A stretch of 64,000 nt of DNA from an uncultured bacterium (GCA_965541585.1 CBEUCH010000003.1:1-64000), one strand, 5' to 3'. Shown: positions 47,953 through 57,915, numbered from the stretch's first letter. Notes: a model not told the origin generated them from the letters alone. Numbers and translations are program-made.

Positions 47953-48831
47953 ATGGGTGGTATAAAACACAGGGAGGGAAATGTGCCCCGAGTTCAATTA
48001 AAAACCGGTCAGATCAGCCTTCGAGAAGAGCTCAAAGAGTTATATAAGATTTCAAGCCTGGTTCAGGAATCCCCGGTGGAGATTAGCTCTTTAGAGGAAA
48101 TCTTGAAGCAAATCGGAAACTTAGTAGACTATAGATCGGCGTCTCTTTTCATCATCCCCAGAGAGAGCGGAAAGCTGGAGGAGGTCTGCACCATAGGAAG
48201 AACGGTTGAACTGATTGATTTTGTGAATTTCAATATGGGAACTGGTATTTCGGCATGGGTTGCGCAAAAGAAAAGACATATAATCTTAAATAACCTGAGA
48301 AAATCCCGGGGCGGAACTCATACAAAATCGTTTTTGTCGGTGCCCATCGTTCTTGGCGGCGAGGTCACAGGGGTGATTAACCTGGCTCACGATGAGCCGG
48401 ATTCTTTCACCGAATCCGATGCCGAGATTGTCAGAATCACATTATCGTCGATTGCGCTTCTGGTCGAGAGAATAACCCATGAGAAATCGGAGAGAGGACT
48501 GCGAAAAGAAGTAGAGTCTCTGTCTGAGAAGCTGACATCGACCAGAGAGAGATTGGTCGAATTTGAGAAATTGCATTCTTCCGGTGAAGTTGCGGACGCG
48601 TTGAATAAGAAGATTAAGAATCCGCTGGCTATCATCGCGGGGAACGCACAGTTCCTTTTGATGACAATGAAAAATCCGGGAAACTCGGTATTAAACAGGC
48701 TCAAGGCCATCGATAGGGAAGTCTGCAATGTAATAGAAATGACAAAAAGTCTTCAAGCTTCCTATCCGCTTTCGGGCTCCAGTCATCTATTCGCGATAGA
48801 AAGTAGCAAAGCTCGTTTCGAGAGGGAATAG
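47953..48831 (+). CDS. GAF plus degenerate HisKA-like domain, no HATPase
   Basis: GAF (GTGISAWV, SFLSVPI); LNKKIKNPLAIIAGNAQ with His absent. Confidence 0.8.
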   Translation: MGGIKHREGNVPRVQLKTGQISLREELKELYKISSLVQESPVEISSLEEILKQIGNLVDYRSASLFIIPRESGKLEEVCTIGRTVELIDFVNFNMGTGISAWVAQKKRHIILNNLRKSRGGTHTKSFLSVPIVLGGEVTGVINLAHDEPDSFTESDAEIVRITLSSIALLVERITHEKSERGLRKEVESLSEKLTSTRERLVEFEKLHSSGEVADALNKKIKNPLAIIAGNAQFLLMTMKNPGNSVLNRLKAIDREVCNVIEMTKSLQASYPLSGSSHLFAIESSKARFERE

Positions 48832-48851
48832 AGCCTCGGGAGCATAGATAA

Positions 48852-50579
48852 ATGCAGTCAATCTCCAGAGAGGCAAGCCCTCCAGAATTAAGCGAACCGC
48901 CTGCCTTATTCTTTGCGCTTGATCGGAATATGAAAATCGAGAGTGTAGGCAGCGACAGCCCGTCGTTCGACAGGCATTCGCATGGAGAGAATGTTCGAAT
49001 AGTCGAAGATGTTCTCTCTTCGAGAAAAGAAGATGTCGTCAATTCATTGAACGCCGCATTCAACGGACAGCCATCGGAAATCTGTATTAAACAGGAATCA
49101 GAAGGACGGGTATTCCATTACGAGCTGCATTGCCTTCCGGATGTCCATGGCGTCGGACGCTCTATCGGATGTCTGCTCATTAATAGAAGCGCTCAGGAAA
49201 CATATCGTTCGAGGACCGACGCCAGGATCTACGAGCTGGACTTAATAGGCCAGGCCGTCAGGGCATTTGGCGAGACCAGAGATCTTACCGAGATTCTAAG
49301 GATCATTCTGCTGGCGGTTACTGCCGGCCCGGGCCTGGGATTCAACAGGGGTTTTATTCTCCTGTCAAACTCATCCGACGAGTGTTTATGGGGTTGCATC
49401 GCCACCGGACCCTCATCTGCACAGGAGGCGGGGATTATCTGGCAGGATTTATCGAAAAAACCGCATTCGCTCGATGAAATTTTCAGGATGTACAAATCGA
49501 GTGATCACATGAAGGATATTCATGTCAATAAACTTATCTCGTCTATAAGAATTCCTCTTTCCGACGATTCTAATGTCATCGTTCGAGCGGTCAGGAATAA
49601 ACATCCTGTAATTCTCGGACCGGAAGTCACGCAGGATGAATCCAACAGGGATCTTCACGATAGATTTGGAGTCGATTATATGGCGGTTATACCGCTTTAC
49701 TCGCAGGAAGCATTGCAGGGTGTTATCCTCGCCGACAACATGATCACCCGAATACCGATTTCTAATTCCGATCTGAGAATTCTGGAGATATTGGCCCGCT
49801 ATGCCTCCGATGCCATCGAGAACTCGAGGCTTTACAGTGAGCTGGAACAGCAGATCGGTTTATTGAAAGAGGCCAACGAAAAAATCATAAGGTCCCGGGA
49901 GAACCTGGTGCGGGCCGAAAGACTCTCAGGCGTGGCTGAAATGGCCCTGGACGTTGCTCACGAGGTCCGGAATCCCCTGACGATAATAGGCGGTTATGCT
50001 AATGCCCGCTTGAGAAAGATTCCCCCCGATGACGACTCTCGGGATATTCTCGAACTGATTTCAGAGCAGGTCAGTCGTATTGAGACCGTTCTGGATCGCT
50101 TCTCCAGCGTGGTAGCCTTCCGCGAAAAGGAGGAAAGAGAAATCCCGCTGGATCATCTGATTCAGGAGACTCTGGGGATGCTCTCCGGCGATGAAAACCT
50201 CAACTCACCTTCTCTTATAATGGCCGATGATATTCGGGAAATGACAGTGTTAATCGATAAGGATCTGTTTCATCAAGCTCTGATGGTCGTTTTGAGAGAG
50301 GCGGCGCGAATAGCCGGCGGAATGAATAATATCGCTATTAATGTGGAGAAACATTTTGATTCGGCCATGATTTTTATTTCCGGCGGTGATGATTGCGAAA
50401 AATTTGCCGAAATTTTCTATAGCGGTCTGAGATCGAGTAATGGAGATAATAGATGTCAGGAAATGGCTGTTGCCCTTGAGATATTGCAGCATTATGGAGG
50501 AGACGTCGGCATCGGATCATCCGGGGGACTTCATGGTCGTCTATATGTGGAGATCCCCCTGTGCAGGGAGGAAGCATGA
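48852..50579 (+). CDS. GAF histidine-kinase-like protein with intact H-box and degenerate HATPase
   Basis: GLGFNRG..; AHEVRNPLTIIGG; no recognisable N, G1 or G2 boxes. Confidence 0.8.
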   Translation: MQSISREASPPELSEPPALFFALDRNMKIESVGSDSPSFDRHSHGENVRIVEDVLSSRKEDVVNSLNAAFNGQPSEICIKQESEGRVFHYELHCLPDVHGVGRSIGCLLINRSAQETYRSRTDARIYELDLIGQAVRAFGETRDLTEILRIILLAVTAGPGLGFNRGFILLSNSSDECLWGCIATGPSSAQEAGIIWQDLSKKPHSLDEIFRMYKSSDHMKDIHVNKLISSIRIPLSDDSNVIVRAVRNKHPVILGPEVTQDESNRDLHDRFGVDYMAVIPLYSQEALQGVILADNMITRIPISNSDLRILEILARYASDAIENSRLYSELEQQIGLLKEANEKIIRSRENLVRAERLSGVAEMALDVAHEVRNPLTIIGGYANARLRKIPPDDDSRDILELISEQVSRIETVLDRFSSVVAFREKEEREIPLDHLIQETLGMLSGDENLNSPSLIMADDIREMTVLIDKDLFHQALMVVLREAARIAGGMNNIAINVEKHFDSAMIFISGGDDCEKFAEIFYSGLRSSNGDNRCQEMAVALEILQHYGGDVGIGSSGGLHGRLYVEIPLCREEA

Positions 50580-50932
50580 AGAATATCTTAATTGTCGATG
50601 ATGAGGAAGGGATTCGCGGCTTGTATGAAAGCGAACTGCAGACGGAAGGCTTTACAACGCATGCAGTATCGTCAGGCGAGGAAGCGCTGCAGTATATCGG
50701 TGAGAATCGACCGGTCGATCTGGTGATACTCGACATCAAAATGGAAAACTTGAATGGCCTCGAAATCCTCGAAGAGCTTCGGGCCAAAACCGACTCCGTT
50801 CCGGTAATTCTAAATTCGGCCTATTCTACCTATAAGAATAATTTCACCTCCTGGCTGGCCGACGCCTACCTGGTTAAATCCTCGAATCTAACGGAATTGA
50901 AAGATAAAGTTAAGGAGCTGTTAGCCTTTTGA
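50576..50932 (+). CDS. Single-domain response regulator
   Basis: ILIVDDE, LDIKM, NSAY, YLVKS. Confidence 0.9.
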   Translation: MKNILIVDDEEGIRGLYESELQTEGFTTHAVSSGEEALQYIGENRPVDLVILDIKMENLNGLEILEELRAKTDSVPVILNSAYSTYKNNFTSWLADAYLVKSSNLTELKDKVKELLAF

Positions 50933-51300
50933 AAGTTCAAAATAAAAACGAAGGTCCCGAGCTTCTGGATCGCATTGAATGCGTCTCCAATGACATCCAG
51001 CTTCTGGCATTGAATATCGCCGTGGCGGCAGCCAAGATGGCCCAGAAGAAAGATCCCGGCCTGGAGGTGCATCACAAGCTCTCGCAATTAGTCAATCGGG
51101 CCACTCAGACCGTCAAACATATGACCCAGATTATCAGTGCTGCAAAAACCAGTAATGACACTAAAAGCGTCATCGCGGATCGCCAGAATATCCAGGTCGA
51201 TCAAGACCTTATAGAAAGCATCGAAGCCGCCATGCAGGGTATTATCGCAGATTCGGAAAAGATTACCAGTCTTCTGGGCAATCTGAAGCAAAGGCGATAG
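50929..51300 (+). CDS. Small protein resembling a chemoreceptor signalling-domain tip
   Basis: IECVSNDIQLLALNIAVAAAK resembles MCP IxxIAxQTNLLALNAAIEAAR. Confidence 0.6.
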   Translation: MKVQNKNEGPELLDRIECVSNDIQLLALNIAVAAAKMAQKKDPGLEVHHKLSQLVNRATQTVKHMTQIISAAKTSNDTKSVIADRQNIQVDQDLIESIEAAMQGIIADSEKITSLLGNLKQRR

Positions 51301-51304
51301 GCCA

Positions 51305-51703
51305 ATGCCTGCGGGAACCGTTTTGATCGTGGAGGATTCTCAGGACGTCAGAAGCGTCATGGCCGAGATCGTCTCTCTATTCGGATATGACGTTTCTGTG
51401 GCCGAAGATGGTCTCGAAGCCTTACGCAAACTTGCTTCCCACACGTATAACCTCATAATTACCGATATGGGGATGCCGAGAATGGGGGGAGAGGACCTCG
51501 TTAAAAGTATGAGACAGGGCGGTATCGAAACGCCGGTAATACTTATCGCGGGCGTCGATATCCAGAGGCGAAAACTCACCGACAATACTTTGACGAATTG
51601 TAGTTTCGTTAAAAAACCATTCATTATAGAGGACATCAAAGAGACGATATCGGAGCTCCTAAAAATCGATGCGGAAAAGGAAATAAACGAAAAAACTAAA
51701 TAG
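51305..51703 (+). CDS. Single-domain response regulator
   Basis: VLIVED, TDMGMPRMGG, KKPF. Confidence 0.88.
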   Translation: MPAGTVLIVEDSQDVRSVMAEIVSLFGYDVSVAEDGLEALRKLASHTYNLIITDMGMPRMGGEDLVKSMRQGGIETPVILIAGVDIQRRKLTDNTLTNCSFVKKPFIIEDIKETISELLKIDAEKEINEKTK

Positions 51704-51792
51704 ATGGCCTGTATGAACGATATAATAGCATAGTTGACAAATAACAAGATTATGGAACTTAATTCATCGAGATTAAACAAAGGCGTGGTAAA

Positions 51793-52227
51793 ATGAAAGA
51801 GTATGCAAAAATCCTGGTCGCCGACGACGAAGCCATGATGCGCAATCTGATATTGAAGATATTGGAGTCGGAGGGTTACCAGGTCTCAGTTGTCTCGTCC
51901 GCAGATGAGGCGCTGGAAAAGCTAAAGGATGAAACTTACGACTTACTCCTGACAGACGTAAAAATGCCCGGTATGACGGGATTCGACCTCTTGAAACAGG
52001 TCAAGGTCGAATGGCCGGGAACGGCAGTCATCATAATGACGGGCTACGGCGACGCATACAGCGTTAAAGAAGCACTGCTGCTGGGGGCGGACGAATATCT
52101 ATCCAAGCCTTTCAAGCGGCAGGAGGTTACTCTCATTGTCGAGCGGGCATACTGGCGTCTCCTCTCAGCCCGAAATATGGAAAAACAAGAAAACTCGACT
52201 CAGCCGATTACCGAGCTCTCGAAATAG
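51793..52227 (+). CDS. Single-domain response regulator
   Basis: ILVADDE, TDVKMPGMTG, MTG, YLSKPF. Confidence 0.9.
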   Translation: MKEYAKILVADDEAMMRNLILKILESEGYQVSVVSSADEALEKLKDETYDLLLTDVKMPGMTGFDLLKQVKVEWPGTAVIIMTGYGDAYSVKEALLLGADEYLSKPFKRQEVTLIVERAYWRLLSARNMEKQENSTQPITELSK

Positions 52228-52303
52228 CGGGCGCCTGTGTAGCGGGCAGATCAAAACTCCCGACGGATCTGGCCCTTTAGCCGATCTCGCGCTATGATCA
52301 ACC

Positions 52304-52330
52304 AGCCTTCCGAAAGGGAGGCTTTTTCTT
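52304..52330 (+). terminator. Rho-independent terminator
   Basis: AGCCTTCC-GAAA-GGGAGGCT followed by T-rich tail. Confidence 0.8.
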
Positions 52331-52536
52331 TTCTGCAAACGCGGGGGCATAGAAAAATATTCATTCCTCATAAGAAAGAATTTCCCATCAATTGTCCATA
52401 CCAGAGCCGGATCTAAACGGCAGGGTTTTAGCAACGACCTCGCCTTGAGCATCAACCGGTTGAGTATTAATAAGTTATAGCCGACCAACCGAAGGCTCAT
52501 TTCTTCCGGGGGAAAATCTTGAGGGTCTTTCCCATA

Positions 52537-52552
52537 AGGCATGGGAATTGCT
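52537..52552 (+). promoter_or_regulatory. Sigma54 promoter for flgF operon
   Basis: AGGCATGGGAATTGCT, canonical spacing. Confidence 0.75.
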
Positions 52553-52592
52553 TTGTACGGGCCGGGTTCTGATATCGATTTGGAGGTATTTG

Positions 52593-53324
52593 ATGATAAA
52601 AGGCATTTACGATTCGGCTTCCGGGATGCTCCCGCGGATACTCAAACAGGAAATCTATGCCAACAACATGGCCAACGTTAACACGCCGGGATTCAAGAAA
52701 GACGGCGTTTTCCTTCAGCATCTCAAGGATGCCTCCGAGGGATCCCTGATCACCGATCTTCCCTGGGAAACTCCGATGGTTAACGATATCTATATAGATT
52801 TTAGCCAGGGCGCACTGGAAAGAACCGATAACCGGCTGAATCTTGCCCTGGAGGGCGATGGTTTCTTCGTAGTCCAGACAGAGGCAGGGATAAGATACAC
52901 ACGTAACGGGAATTTCTCTATATCACCGCAGGGAATATTAACCGATAATAACGGGAATCCAGTACTCAGCGATTCCGGGCCGCTTACGGTTTCCGGCGAT
53001 GATGTAGTCATTGCCGCGGATGGAACCGTCTCTGTCGACGGTGCCGGCGTCGGTACCATTAAAATCGCCGATTTCGACACGCCGTATCGATTAAGAAAAG
53101 CTGAAAGCTCATACTTCGTCCCCGCTGATGAGACGGTATCGGAGAAAGCAGCCCAGGGCGTCCAGGTGATGCAGGGGTATCTTGAGAAATCCAATGTAAA
53201 CGTCATTGACGTCATGGTTGATATGCTTGTTTCATTTAGAGCATATGAGGCCGGACAGAGAGCTATCCGGGCCCAGGATGAGACCCTTGATAAAGCGGTC
53301 AACGATCTCGGGCGCGTAATATAA
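52593..53324 (+). CDS. flgF: Rod protein FlgF
   Basis: MIKGIYDSASGM..ANNMANVNTPGFK, YTRNGNF, LEKSNVN; GGAGG RBS. Confidence 0.9.
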   Translation: MIKGIYDSASGMLPRILKQEIYANNMANVNTPGFKKDGVFLQHLKDASEGSLITDLPWETPMVNDIYIDFSQGALERTDNRLNLALEGDGFFVVQTEAGIRYTRNGNFSISPQGILTDNNGNPVLSDSGPLTVSGDDVVIAADGTVSVDGAGVGTIKIADFDTPYRLRKAESSYFVPADETVSEKAAQGVQVMQGYLEKSNVNVIDVMVDMLVSFRAYEAGQRAIRAQDETLDKAVNDLGRVI

Positions 53325-53336
53325 GAGGAGGATAAG

Positions 53337-54125
53337 ATGATAAAAGCCATGCGGACTGCGGCATCCGGGATGTTCGCGCAGCAACTGAACGTGGATACCA
53401 TAGCCAACAACCTGGCCAATGTTAACACCACCGGCTATAAAAAATCAAAAGTCGAATTCCAGGATATTCTATACCAGCGATTGAGGGCGCCGGGATCAAA
53501 ATCGGCCGCAGGAACCAGTGTTCCTACCGGTCTCGATGTTGGTTATGGCGTCAAGCCGGTGGCGACTCAAAGGTCATTCAACCAGGGGAACCTTCAACAA
53601 ACGGGAAATCCGCTCGATCTCTCTATCGAGGGCACCGGCTTCTTCCAGATCATTTTACCTGACGGAAACACTGCTTATACCCGCGACGGTTCGTTCAAGC
53701 TTTCGGCCGATGGCGAGCTGGTCACCTCCGATGGATTTTTCCTGGAACCCAGCATAACGATTCCATCTGATTCCGAGTATGTTTCTATCAGCACCGATGG
53801 CATCGTCGACGTTCGGATCACCGGCGATTCCGAGCCGCAGGAAATAGGCCAGATAGAAATGGCAAACTTCATCAACCTCTCCGGGCTGGAGGCCATCGGG
53901 CACAACCTCTTTCTGGAGACCAGCGCCTCGGGTTCCCCGATTCTCGGCAACCCCAGTCTCGAGGGCTTCGGTCGGATTAATCAGGGCTATCTTGAGATGT
54001 CCAATGTGGAGATCGTCGAGGAGATGGTCAACATGATAATCGCCCAGAGAGCTTACGAAATCAATTCCAAGGCCATTCAAACCTCCGAGGAAATGACGGA
54101 GATCGCCAATAACCTGAAGAGATAA
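53337..54125 (+). CDS. flgG: Distal rod FlgG
   Basis: ANNLANVNTTGYKK..FQD, YTRDGSF, AQRAYEINSK. Confidence 0.95.
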   Translation: MIKAMRTAASGMFAQQLNVDTIANNLANVNTTGYKKSKVEFQDILYQRLRAPGSKSAAGTSVPTGLDVGYGVKPVATQRSFNQGNLQQTGNPLDLSIEGTGFFQIILPDGNTAYTRDGSFKLSADGELVTSDGFFLEPSITIPSDSEYVSISTDGIVDVRITGDSEPQEIGQIEMANFINLSGLEAIGHNLFLETSASGSPILGNPSLEGFGRINQGYLEMSNVEIVEEMVNMIIAQRAYEINSKAIQTSEEMTEIANNLKR

Positions 54126-54126
54126 G

Positions 54127-54801
54127 ATGAGATTATTCCTGCTTCCATTTGTGCTTTTCTCCATGACCGGCGCCGATGTGGAAAAATCGATCATGGGTCA
54201 TCTCGAGGCTAATTACCCTCTCGATGGCGCTGAATATGCGTGCGATTTTTCGCGGCTCAATCTGAATCGTTTAACTGAATTCGACAGCGTCGCCGTGGAC
54301 GGGTACGGCAAGGACATTCCCCGGGGAAACGTGGTTGTGCGACTGTCACTCTTTCAAAAAGGTGAGAGGATACATCGGACGGCCGGCACCGTCAAGATCG
54401 GGGTCCTCAAACAGGTGTTGACCGCTGCCGTTTCCGTAAAAGCCGGTGAAGCGATTGATCCAGGCAAGGTTGCCCTTCAATTAAGAGACATTTCATCACT
54501 GGACCAATCGACATTTGAATCTCTGGATCAACTTGGTAATATGATCGCCTCCAGATTTATTCCGGCGGGCAGAATAATTACCGGGTCATCGGTGTCGGAG
54601 CCGCCTGTTGTGAGCATCGGCGACGTAGTTAAGATCCACTACAATAAAGGTCCGCTTTCGCTGAATACAAATGGAATAGTAAGGCAAGCCGGAGCGAAGG
54701 GCAGCTATGTTCGGGTGATGAACATGGATACGAACAGGACAATCTCCGCCACGGTCGTCGATTCCGCAACCGTGGTCATCGCCAATAGGGAGGAAATGTG
54801 A
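54127..54801 (+). CDS. flgA: P-ring chaperone FlgA
   Basis: SAF-like region, PPVVSIGDVV, G..VRVMN; position between flgG and flgH. Confidence 0.85.
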   Translation: MRLFLLPFVLFSMTGADVEKSIMGHLEANYPLDGAEYACDFSRLNLNRLTEFDSVAVDGYGKDIPRGNVVVRLSLFQKGERIHRTAGTVKIGVLKQVLTAAVSVKAGEAIDPGKVALQLRDISSLDQSTFESLDQLGNMIASRFIPAGRIITGSSVSEPPVVSIGDVVKIHYNKGPLSLNTNGIVRQAGAKGSYVRVMNMDTNRTISATVVDSATVVIANREEM

Positions 54802-55388
54802 GAAAACTGATTTTATTCCTTATAACGATCATAATGATAATGTCGTCATCGGTGTTAGCCGGACCATTCCAGGAGGCCAAAGGCAGATCGATGTTTACTG
54901 ACATAAAGGCGCATCGGGTTGGCGATGTCATAACGGTTCTCATCGTGGAGGACGCCCGCGCATCCAATGAGATCGAGGTCACAACCAAAAAGGAAACCAG
55001 GGCCGAGACGAAAGGTGGCCCCGCTGTGGGTGGAGGACTCTGGAAATACATCGGTGAGTGGGGGCTTTCCGGGGGAAATAAAAGCGAATTTGATGGCGAA
55101 GGGACCGTTGAAAAGTTCGGAAGCATACGTGCCAAGATGACCGTCAGGGTGGTAGGCGTTGAGGAAAACGGCGATCTTGCCATCGAGGGCAGCCGCGTGA
55201 TGTCGATCGACTCCGATAAGGAAACGCTCTTTTTGTCCGGCATCGTCAGGCCGAAGGACATTTCCACGAATAACACCGTCTATTCCTATCAGATTGCCGA
55301 TGCCCAGGTGTCGTTCAAGGGCAAAGGGCAGTCCTATGAAGCTTCACGCCCGGGGATATTAACCAGAATTATAAACTGGATTTTCTGA
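54798..55388 (+). CDS. flgH: L-ring FlgH (no lipobox Cys)
   Basis: FTDIKAHRVGDVITVLI, NGDLAIEG, SGIVRPKDI..IADA. Confidence 0.92.
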   Translation: MRKLILFLITIIMIMSSSVLAGPFQEAKGRSMFTDIKAHRVGDVITVLIVEDARASNEIEVTTKKETRAETKGGPAVGGGLWKYIGEWGLSGGNKSEFDGEGTVEKFGSIRAKMTVRVVGVEENGDLAIEGSRVMSIDSDKETLFLSGIVRPKDISTNNTVYSYQIADAQVSFKGKGQSYEASRPGILTRIINWIF

Positions 55389-55390
55389 TT

Positions 55391-56506
55391 ATGAAAAAAC
55401 ATAAAACTCTAATATCGGGCCTGCTTTTAGTGTATTTGCTCCTATGCCAGAGTGGCCTGACATCGGGGGTAAGACTCAAAGATATCGCCTCTTTCCAGCT
55501 TGATAACGATATACAGTTGATCGGTTACGGCCTGGTGGTTGGCCTCGACGGCACCGGTGATTCCAGAAGTACTATCTTCACCATCCAATCCCTCACAAAC
55601 ATGATGGAACGGATGGGAGTTACGCTGCCCCAGAATCAGGTCAAGGTCAAGAACGTGGCAGCCGTTATGGTAACAGGGCGACTCTCATCATTTGCGAGAG
55701 TGGGTTCGAAAATCGACTGCACCGTTTCATCCATGGGCGACGCCTCGTCGCTTCAGGGTGGAATGCTTCTGATTACACCGCTATCCGGCACCGACGGCAC
55801 CGTCTACGCAACGGCCCAGGGTCCAATCTCCATAGGCGGCTTTAACATCCAATCCTCTGGTGGGGACAAGATAACCGAGAATTATGCGCTTGTGGGGCGG
55901 ATTCCGAATGGCGCTATTGTCGAGGTACGGAGGCAGGTCGAAATGGACTCAGATGTTCTCACCGTAAGTCTCATCAACCCCGATTTTACGACGAGCCAGC
56001 GGACCGCAGGCAAGATCAACGCTGTGGTGGACCCGGGAATAGCCATCGCAGTCGACGAGGGGAATGTCCAGGTGAGGATTCCGGCTGTTTATCGCACTCC
56101 CGGCGGTCTTGTCGATCTCATATCGAGGATCGAAACGTTGGAGATCGTCCCGGATGCGGTGGCTCGCGTGGTAATAAACGAGAAAACCGGAACCATCGTC
56201 GCCGGAGAACATGTCTCCATATCGGCGGTGGCGCTGGCACATGGCAATCTGAAAATTGAGATAAAAGCGACGCCGCAGATTTCCCAACCCCAGCCGTTTT
56301 CCGGGGGAAGAACAGTGCTTACCCGGGATTCAGAGATAACTGCCGAGGCCGAGCCGGCGCGGATCATAAACATGGAAGAGAAGGCAAGAATTAAGGATTT
56401 GGCTGTGGCTTTAAATGAAATCGGCGCCACGCCGCGTGATATTATCGCCATATTCCAGGCGCTGAAATTGGCCGGGGCGCTCAGAGCTGAACTTGTTATC
56501 ATGTGA
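55391..56506 (+). CDS. flgI: P-ring FlgI
   Basis: RLKDIA, LIGYGLVVGLDGTGD, KNVAAVMVT, GALRAEL. Confidence 0.96.
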   Translation: MKKHKTLISGLLLVYLLLCQSGLTSGVRLKDIASFQLDNDIQLIGYGLVVGLDGTGDSRSTIFTIQSLTNMMERMGVTLPQNQVKVKNVAAVMVTGRLSSFARVGSKIDCTVSSMGDASSLQGGMLLITPLSGTDGTVYATAQGPISIGGFNIQSSGGDKITENYALVGRIPNGAIVEVRRQVEMDSDVLTVSLINPDFTTSQRTAGKINAVVDPGIAIAVDEGNVQVRIPAVYRTPGGLVDLISRIETLEIVPDAVARVVINEKTGTIVAGEHVSISAVALAHGNLKIEIKATPQISQPQPFSGGRTVLTRDSEITAEAEPARIINMEEKARIKDLAVALNEIGATPRDIIAIFQALKLAGALRAELVIM

Positions 56507-57369
56507 TGAAGATTTCCAACCCAGACATAATCCCGCCGGTTCCACGGGCCAATGTTGATCGCATATCTCCCGCAGCCGGCAAAGAACAGGATAAGCTTCA
56601 ACTCCAGAAGCTTAAAAAAGCGTGCAGGGAATTCGAAGCCATATTCATCTCTTATATCCTTAAGAGCATGCGGAAGGCTACCCAGAAATCCGATCTATTC
56701 GGTGGCGGTTTTGGGAGCGATATATATCAGCAGATATTCGATGAGAAACTGGCCGGCACGATGTCCGAATCGGGCCAGCTCAAAATCGGCGATCTGCTCT
56801 ACAACAGGTACGCCCGCTTGTTGGGCAATCATCATGAGCCCATCCGAGAATCTGATACCAGGATCGTACGAGCGCCTGAGGTCCCCATCGAACAGAAGGG
56901 GGACGCCACCGGGAATTTTATCCCCGTGCCGGAACGGCCCGACGGAAAGCAAGAGAATCATACATTGGTAAGCAGTATCGACAGGCTCATCTCCAGGTTT
57001 GATAACACCATCAATGAGGCCGCTGAGAAGTTTGGCCTTAAGCCGGGATTGATCAGAGCCCTGATAAGACAGGAGTCCGCCGGCGATCCGGAAGCCATAT
57101 CCGGCAAGGGCGCCAAAGGTCTGATGCAACTTATGGATTCCACCGCAGCTATGCTTGGCGTAACCGATCCCTTCAACCCGGTACAGAACATCATGGGCGG
57201 AGCACGATACCTGTCTCAGCTCCTGAAGAGATTCAGCGGCGACCTTGTAAAGGCCGTTGCGTCGTACAATGCAGGCCCCGGAGCTGTGGAGAAGTATAAT
57301 GGTATCCCGCCGTATCCCGAAACCCGAAAATATGTCCGCAATATATTATCATCGATGGTGATCGAATAA
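56503..57369 (+). CDS. flgJ: FlgJ rod-binding domain fused to SLT lytic transglycosylase
   Basis: LKKACREFEAIFISYILKSMRK; QES, GAKGLMQLM, YNAGPG, PPYPETRKYV. Confidence 0.85.
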   Translation: MMKISNPDIIPPVPRANVDRISPAAGKEQDKLQLQKLKKACREFEAIFISYILKSMRKATQKSDLFGGGFGSDIYQQIFDEKLAGTMSESGQLKIGDLLYNRYARLLGNHHEPIRESDTRIVRAPEVPIEQKGDATGNFIPVPERPDGKQENHTLVSSIDRLISRFDNTINEAAEKFGLKPGLIRALIRQESAGDPEAISGKGAKGLMQLMDSTAAMLGVTDPFNPVQNIMGGARYLSQLLKRFSGDLVKAVASYNAGPGAVEKYNGIPPYPETRKYVRNILSSMVIE

Positions 57370-57392
57370 ACCTTGTTATCGAATAAGCCCTT

Positions 57393-57914
57393 ATGCCGAT
57401 TCAAATAATGATGGATAGAGAATTGAAAGAATTGATCAGCATACTCAACGCTGAGTACGAGGTTTTTGTCAAATACCTCGAGAGTCTAACCGAACAGCAG
57501 CAGCACCTGATCGAAAATGACCTCGACGGGATAAAGGCCAGCGTCGAGAAAATAAACATACTGGCACAGGACGCTGTGAATTTAGAAACCGGTCGTCGCA
57601 GAATTATCGAGAGATTGTCAAAAAGACTTGAGATGAATCCGGAGGACATCACAATCGGAAAACTCATCGAGAACTTCAAAGGACCAAATTTCGAAGAGCT
57701 CGAAGGATTGAAAAATACTATCCTGGATATACACGAAAAGGTTAATAATCAGAAGACACGCAATGAACTTCTCATCGAGCAGTCTATGGGCATCATCAAA
57801 CAGACGATGGACTATATCCACCAGGTAAATAATCCAAAAGCCATCTACGACAATCCGGTCACGGCATCCGGTGGCACTGTCGATGGAGGCAGCCTTTTAA
57901 CAAGGATGGGTTGA
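57393..57914 (+). CDS. flgN: Chaperone FlgN (start may be 57408/57411)
   Basis: Helical protein, N..LIEQSM..Y; precedes flgK. Confidence 0.8.
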   Translation: MPIQIMMDRELKELISILNAEYEVFVKYLESLTEQQQHLIENDLDGIKASVEKINILAQDAVNLETGRRRIIERLSKRLEMNPEDITIGKLIENFKGPNFEELEGLKNTILDIHEKVNNQKTRNELLIEQSMGIIKQTMDYIHQVNNPKAIYDNPVTASGGTVDGGSLLTRMG

Positions 57915-57915
57915 T

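Noticed and set aside
52228..52300. Possible riboswitch or sRNA before the terminator
   Set aside because: Only a weak CAGATC/GATCTG stem; no recognisable aptamer motif such as c-di-GMP GEMM.
52790..54194. Long antisense ORFs (e.g. 52790-53431, 53655-54194, 10841-11419, 37493-38074)
   Set aside because: Shadow frames of well-conserved genes with no recognisable motifs.
57376..57402. Sigma28 promoter or flgM upstream of flgN
   Set aside because: GCCGATTC lacks a correctly spaced -35, and the gap is far too short for a gene.
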